From Schmidtea polychroa (taxonomy: Eukaryota): 64,000 bases of DNA. Shown in pieces: positions 58,911-64,000 of this stretch. Below the pieces are notes generated by a model. It had not been told where the DNA came from, ran no database searches, and saw only the letters and a program-made list of their open reading frames with translations. The position numbers were made by a program, and so were the translations under genes. Positions within the stretch are counted from its first letter, which is position 1. Each line of letters starts with the position of its first letter. Location: assembly GCA_044892525.1 (NCBI GenBank), contig CM097888.1:19096001-19160000 (forward strand), in the 5' to 3' direction.

Positions 58911-60528
58911 CGAGTCTTAATCATATTGTTTTGTATATTATCATTTGTTTTTTTTAAATGTTCTATTTTTGTAATTCTATTTACAAATATATATATACAA
59001 AAAAAATACAATAGAAATTATAAATTGAGAGACCGATCGACGATCGTCAATGAACCTATAATTAAAAATATTGAATGGCTTAAGTCTCTTAAAGATTGTG
59101 GGCGTAAGAATGACAGTAAATAATTAAATAATATATTAAATTAAATATTAAATTAAATTAAATTAAAACAGGTTAGTAATTATTGATGATGTAAGTATTA
59201 TTATTGATAAATTCGTCATGATGTCTTTTTAAATGAGACAACGACAGAATTTGGACCTTAATAAATATTACATCAAGAAACTTGATTTTATTCTTTACAG
59301 AAATCATTATACTTTGTAATTATCCGTTAAAATCTTTCATTATTTGTTAACATTTAGAGGGTATTAGAACCTTAGAATATTTCTTTTCCGAATGAATAAA
59401 ATACTTTCTATTTTCATTACTCAACTTCCTTTTGTGATTGATTGTTTTAATCAGGGATGAATTTTAAAAATTTATCGGAAATATTTTGAAAATATTGACA
59501 ATTATTTTCTGAAAAATAGATTTACGAAATTACAAAAATTTTCAACAACAACCAATTTAATATTATATAAAGCTAATAATTATTTATTGCATTTATTTAA
59601 CATTTTGTAAGTTTAACTTGAAATGAAAGTTAAATTTTATTTTTATCATTATGAATAAATATGAACCGAAAATTTTCGATAGTCACCACTGTCGTACTAG
59701 ATCATGAAATTTCAGAAAAAAATGAATTCCAAAAATACTCCCATTAAGAAAAATTGTGGTCTACGTAATTTAGCGACTGAATTTATATGTAAATTATCTA
59801 AATGTTTTCGTTCCACATACAAAAAAAGAAAAAATAACTAAAAATAATAGAATTAGAAGTTAGTGAAAAATGAAAATAATAAATTTTATAAAAGGATTTA
59901 TTTTGTTCATAATATGCTCCAAAAACATATTATTAAATCAAAACAATTTTCAAGAAATTTATTTAATTCAATATAAATAGCAATGTCATAATTTGAGCAA
60001 TGTCATCATTCAATTTCAACATATCACCAACATCAAAATATTTAAATATTTATAAATAAAGACTAATAGGTTGTAAAAACTAATTTTAGAAAAAATTGAA
60101 ATTTTTATTATTCCATAAAATATAGATTCATACAATTTATAGTGTATGTTTCTTTTTAATATGTATTAATTATCATTAAAAATGGAGTTTATTTGAATTT
60201 GTTTTGGTATAAATCCATCTTTATCATTGGAAACGATGCAATCAAATGAATTCAATCACCGAATATTGTATGTTTATAAAAATATTATAACAATAATCCT
60301 AACAATAAAAATTTATAGATACATAAAAAGACCCACATGTATTTGAAAACAAACTATTTGATAAATATAATTGTATCTTTTGAAAGTCAACAAATCTTTG
60401 GAACAATATTGGGATGATCCATTACTAACCTATTTTGAATATTTAACAGATCTTAAATCACAGCGGGTCGTACCTTTCATGATACGTTTGCTCCAAATAT
60501 TTACATGGTCCTAATATCATTATCATAT

Positions 60529-61411
60529 TGTTGGGATTTAACAAGAGAGGTACAAAATGAGGTGAAAAATCAATAAAAACACCAAATTCACAATAAAAAT
60601 TTAAAGTACAAATTATTAATTAAAAAATAAAAAAATAAAAAATGAAATTTTCTGGGGGAACCTGGTATGGGCGGATGCAGAATAATGAGACGAGTTCAAC
60701 TATAATAAAATAAAATTAATGGGGGGTCCCTAGAAGGAATAAATTACAAAAAACAAAAATTAATTAAAAATTAATTAAATTAATTAACTAATGGAGAACC
60801 CGAGTTAATGGTAAACCCGAGCTAATGGAGAACCCGAGCTGATGGAGAACCCGAGACAATGGGAAACCCGAGCAATTTGAGAAAACCTGAGTTATTAATC
60901 AAATTAGGAAAGGCAATTAAATTAGCCGACTAAAATTAAATTGGAGCGAACCGCAAAGGAGACGGGCAAATTCTTCAAAGCAATTAGAGCGGTAAGAGAA
61001 AGCCCGGGCCAAGTTGGATCCAGACTAATTTGACAAATTTTAAGATCAATTATAGAATGGGTATAAAAGCGACTGGCAAATTGCCAGTTGGTCGAAAAAA
61101 AGAAACGAGAAGTTTAGCGAGAGTAACAAAGAAAACTTTGAAGTTAGTATCAATTGAATAATTTAAATCGAACGTACCAGAAAGGGACATCTCCCGTTGG
61201 CAGATTTATCACTGCGTAAGATTTGTAGTTGTTTTGAAAAGTACAGACCAAAAAAGGGTTGTATCAAGTGTGGTTGAATTAATAAAAAATGTAACCAAAG
61301 TGTAATTGTATTAGTCTCAAATAAAGAATTTTGTGTTGGGTTGTTCATTTAATTTCGAAAAGAACACAAAGGAGTCAGACAGTAATACCGATTTGCACAA
61401 AATACCCAACA
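60529..61411 (+). mobile_element. Solo LTR (883 bp)
   Basis: Termini TGTTGGG...CCCAACA (7-bp inverted repeat); 4-bp TSD ATAT (60525-28, 61412-15); TATA-like GGGTATAAAAG near 61060; downstream AATAAA near 61320. Confidence 0.85.
60788..60891 (+). repeat. 17-bp tandem repeat (five units plus one degenerate) in the solo LTR U3-like region
   Basis: Consensus CTAATGGAGAACCCGAG. Confidence 0.92.
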
Positions 61412-64000
61412 ATATTATTATTATTTATTTTATTATTTTAAAGACAACGTTTCAAAAAAGTCTGAATGACTTTGTTATTGTTATTTTTAATAAACAATAA
61501 GAATTTTTATTGCATTTTTTTCCTTAAGTTTTAATGAGTTACCTGATGAATAATGAAGATTGGGAATTCCGAAACAGATTATTGATTTACAAGCATCAGG
61601 CAGCACGAATTGTTTACTAAAATAAGTGAATAATCTAAGAAATTTGCGTATATTTCCCTATTGTTACCAATTAAATTTACATACAAATTTTAGTCAGTGA
61701 CTAATTTCAGAAAATATGGAAGATATCAATGCCATTCATGCATATTAATTAATATCTAGAATTATTATACATATATTTCATTGAATATTTGACTTTATAC
61801 AATTTTCATGAACGTTCGCAAAAGGAAAACAATTTTTAATAATTGCAAATAAAATATTTAATGTTTTAAATCCAAAATAAATAAATTTACTGTTACTCTA
61901 AAGTGTTCTTTGCGGATATCAATTAAACAAACTATCAAAAATATATAACTAAATTTGTTGATCTCTCAATTCGTGAATTTTCATAAAACAACATACAAAA
62001 NNNNNNNNNNNNNNNNNNNNNNNNNNNNNNNNNNNNNNNNNNNNNNNNNNNNNNNNNNNNNNNNNNNNNNNNNNNNNNNNNNNNNNNNNNNNNNNNNNNN
62101 NNNNNNNNNNNNNNNNNNNNNNNNNNNNNNNNNNNNNNNNNNNNNNNNNNNNNNNNNNNNNNNNNNNNNNNNNNNNNNNNNNNNNNNNNNNNNNNNNNNN
62201 NNNNNNNNNNNNNNNNNNNNNNNNNCGTTTATTTATAATGAAATAAACTTAAACTACATTTAATACAAATTCAAAATCTTACCATTTCTATCCAAAATTT
62301 GTGTAAATTTCGTTTAAATAAAAATATTTGTATTTATTTACGATCATTATTCGTAATATCATAAATTAATTCGTTTAAACTTTGTTATTGTTTAGATTGG
62401 CCTCTTCATTCCATTTATATTGCATTCAATAAAAACTGCATAAATTAATAAATTTATATATAAAAATTCCTTGTGGACTGAATAATATTGGATTTAAAAG
62501 ATTTATAATTTTCTAAGTATAAATATATCACAATTTTCAAAACTTACATTTTTAAACAATAGTTTTAATCAATTAAATTTTTATAATATTTTTCATTAAT
62601 ATTCTTTAAATACAATTCTATAATAATTATTGATTTATATTCTTAGTTTATTGAAATTTCTGATGAAACTAATGAGGTGGATTATATTCATTAAACCTTA
62701 TAAAATATGGATAAAAACTTACTTCAATAAATTTATAAATAATAATCTTTACAATTTTCAGCAGGGCATACATGTAAACATTTAAGATTATATAGGTTTA
62801 TTCTACTAAATTTTATTAATTTTTAAACATTCTGAAAATTTGTTAATTTTTATATTATCTCAAAGAAAGAATTGAAGAATCAATTATTAATATATTTCTT
62901 ATATTATTTATTTTTAATTCAATGTAAATTTTATTTTATTAAACATATTTTCTGAAATCTTTTCATAATAATTAAACATTATATAAATGTCAAAGTTGAA
63001 AGAAGCCTTAAATATATGAAATCCAAACAATTATGATTTAAATTTATCAAAGGATTCTAAATAATTTTTGAAATTCTGAAATAGTTTGTGAGGGATTTTT
63101 ATGTTAAAAACTATATTATTTAGTTGTTTTGTTTACATTTTATAAAAATATTTATTAAATTGTATCAAATTAAATTTGCTGAAATACATCTTATAATTTT
63201 TTTCAAATTGAAATCCTTACTAGAAAAATAATTGAGGCAAAGTGTGACTTATTTATTATTCAATTAAACAAATATTTTTTATTAACTTAACACATCGAAA
63301 TCCAAAATATGATAACTAGTTTTCTTCTTTAGTTTTATAAATTTAAATGTAATTTTCAGAAATCATTTCTTTTCATTTTTTTCCTTAAGCATAACATCAG
63401 CAGTCGAACTGCAGCTTAGTAAGCATCCAAAAAAGTAATAAACTTTTCAAAGACAAAATTATTTTTTCCTTATGATTACATTTTTTTCATAAATCTAAAT
63501 AGCCGGCGAAATTAGTAACCGGCCATTTTTCCGAATCATAAATACTGATCGTCTTTTAATATATAATTTATAATTATATAATCTAATTTTCAATAAAAAT
63601 TAAAATATGAAATTATCTAACTCAATAAAGATTATTTTGAGATTATATTAAAATAAAAGGCAGTTATTTTATCTATTAAAGCTAAAGACGGAATTTTCAT
63701 TAATACAACTTCATCAATAAATATTTTCATGAAAACTTCAAAACTTCAGGAATAATAACAACCCCAAAATTGCCAATAACACTTTATAGCACTCGTAATT
63801 ATCCAGTTTTAAAGAATTTTCCAGCCTATTTAAAATATTAAAACTTGTAATTATAAAAATCATAGAGATTCATGATTTTATTGAGAATCTAAAAAAAATT
63901 GCCAATTCTAACTATATGGTTGATCAAATCATTCACTCCAATTATTTGTCATTATAATATATTTCTTTGAAAAATTTGCAACAATACAAGAGCGGCATCT

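Noticed and set aside
60788-60891. 17-bp repeats as a CRISPR-like array
   Set aside because: Units are contiguous without spacers, lie inside an LTR, and the context is eukaryotic
61540-61580. CTGATGA...GGGAATTCC-GAAA as a third hammerhead
   Set aside because: No credible helix II spacing, and no helix I/III or NUH site
35520-62263. ORF-track entries spanning N runs (35520-35910, 44533-44914, 58299-58733, 61955-62263)
   Set aside because: Their length is an artefact of untranslatable N codons
42380-63530. GCCGG...ACCGGC hairpins at about 42380 and 63500
   Set aside because: Too short; the flanks are not homologous and there is no terminal structure
1-64000. tRNA, rRNA, cas genes or prokaryotic operons
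   Set aside because: None recognised by eye; tRNAscan-SE/Infernal would be needed to exclude small RNAs formally

Overview
Very AT-rich (roughly 80% AT by eye) eukaryotic draft sequence with seven N gaps. It is metazoan, because it carries a spliced dystroglycan gene; the species cannot be determined from sequence alone. One host gene can be reconstructed: a minus-strand dystroglycan-like gene from ATG 38620 to at least 9010. Nine exons were placed with GT-AG boundaries. At least one exon between 26470 and 20788 and the whole 3' end (TM/cytoplasmic part) were not found. The predicted protein has at least four cadherin/Ig-like domains and no obvious mucin region. Introns and flanks are full of decayed mobile elements: two Penelope-like 3' ends, each with a minimal type I hammerhead ribozyme; an RT-deleted Ty3/gypsy element with a 5-bp TSD; a solo LTR; a Helitron with a nested Tc1-type MITE; three hAT derivatives; a Merlin derivative; a Chapaev3-type transposase; a piggyBac with a candidate intron; a degenerate Maverick/Polinton (integrase, two penton-like genes, pPolB); and two unclassified (TAA)n-associated palindromic repeat families (8 and 3 copies). 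Family assignments come from hand translation and remembered motifs, not database searches. Boundaries described as approximate are estimates.
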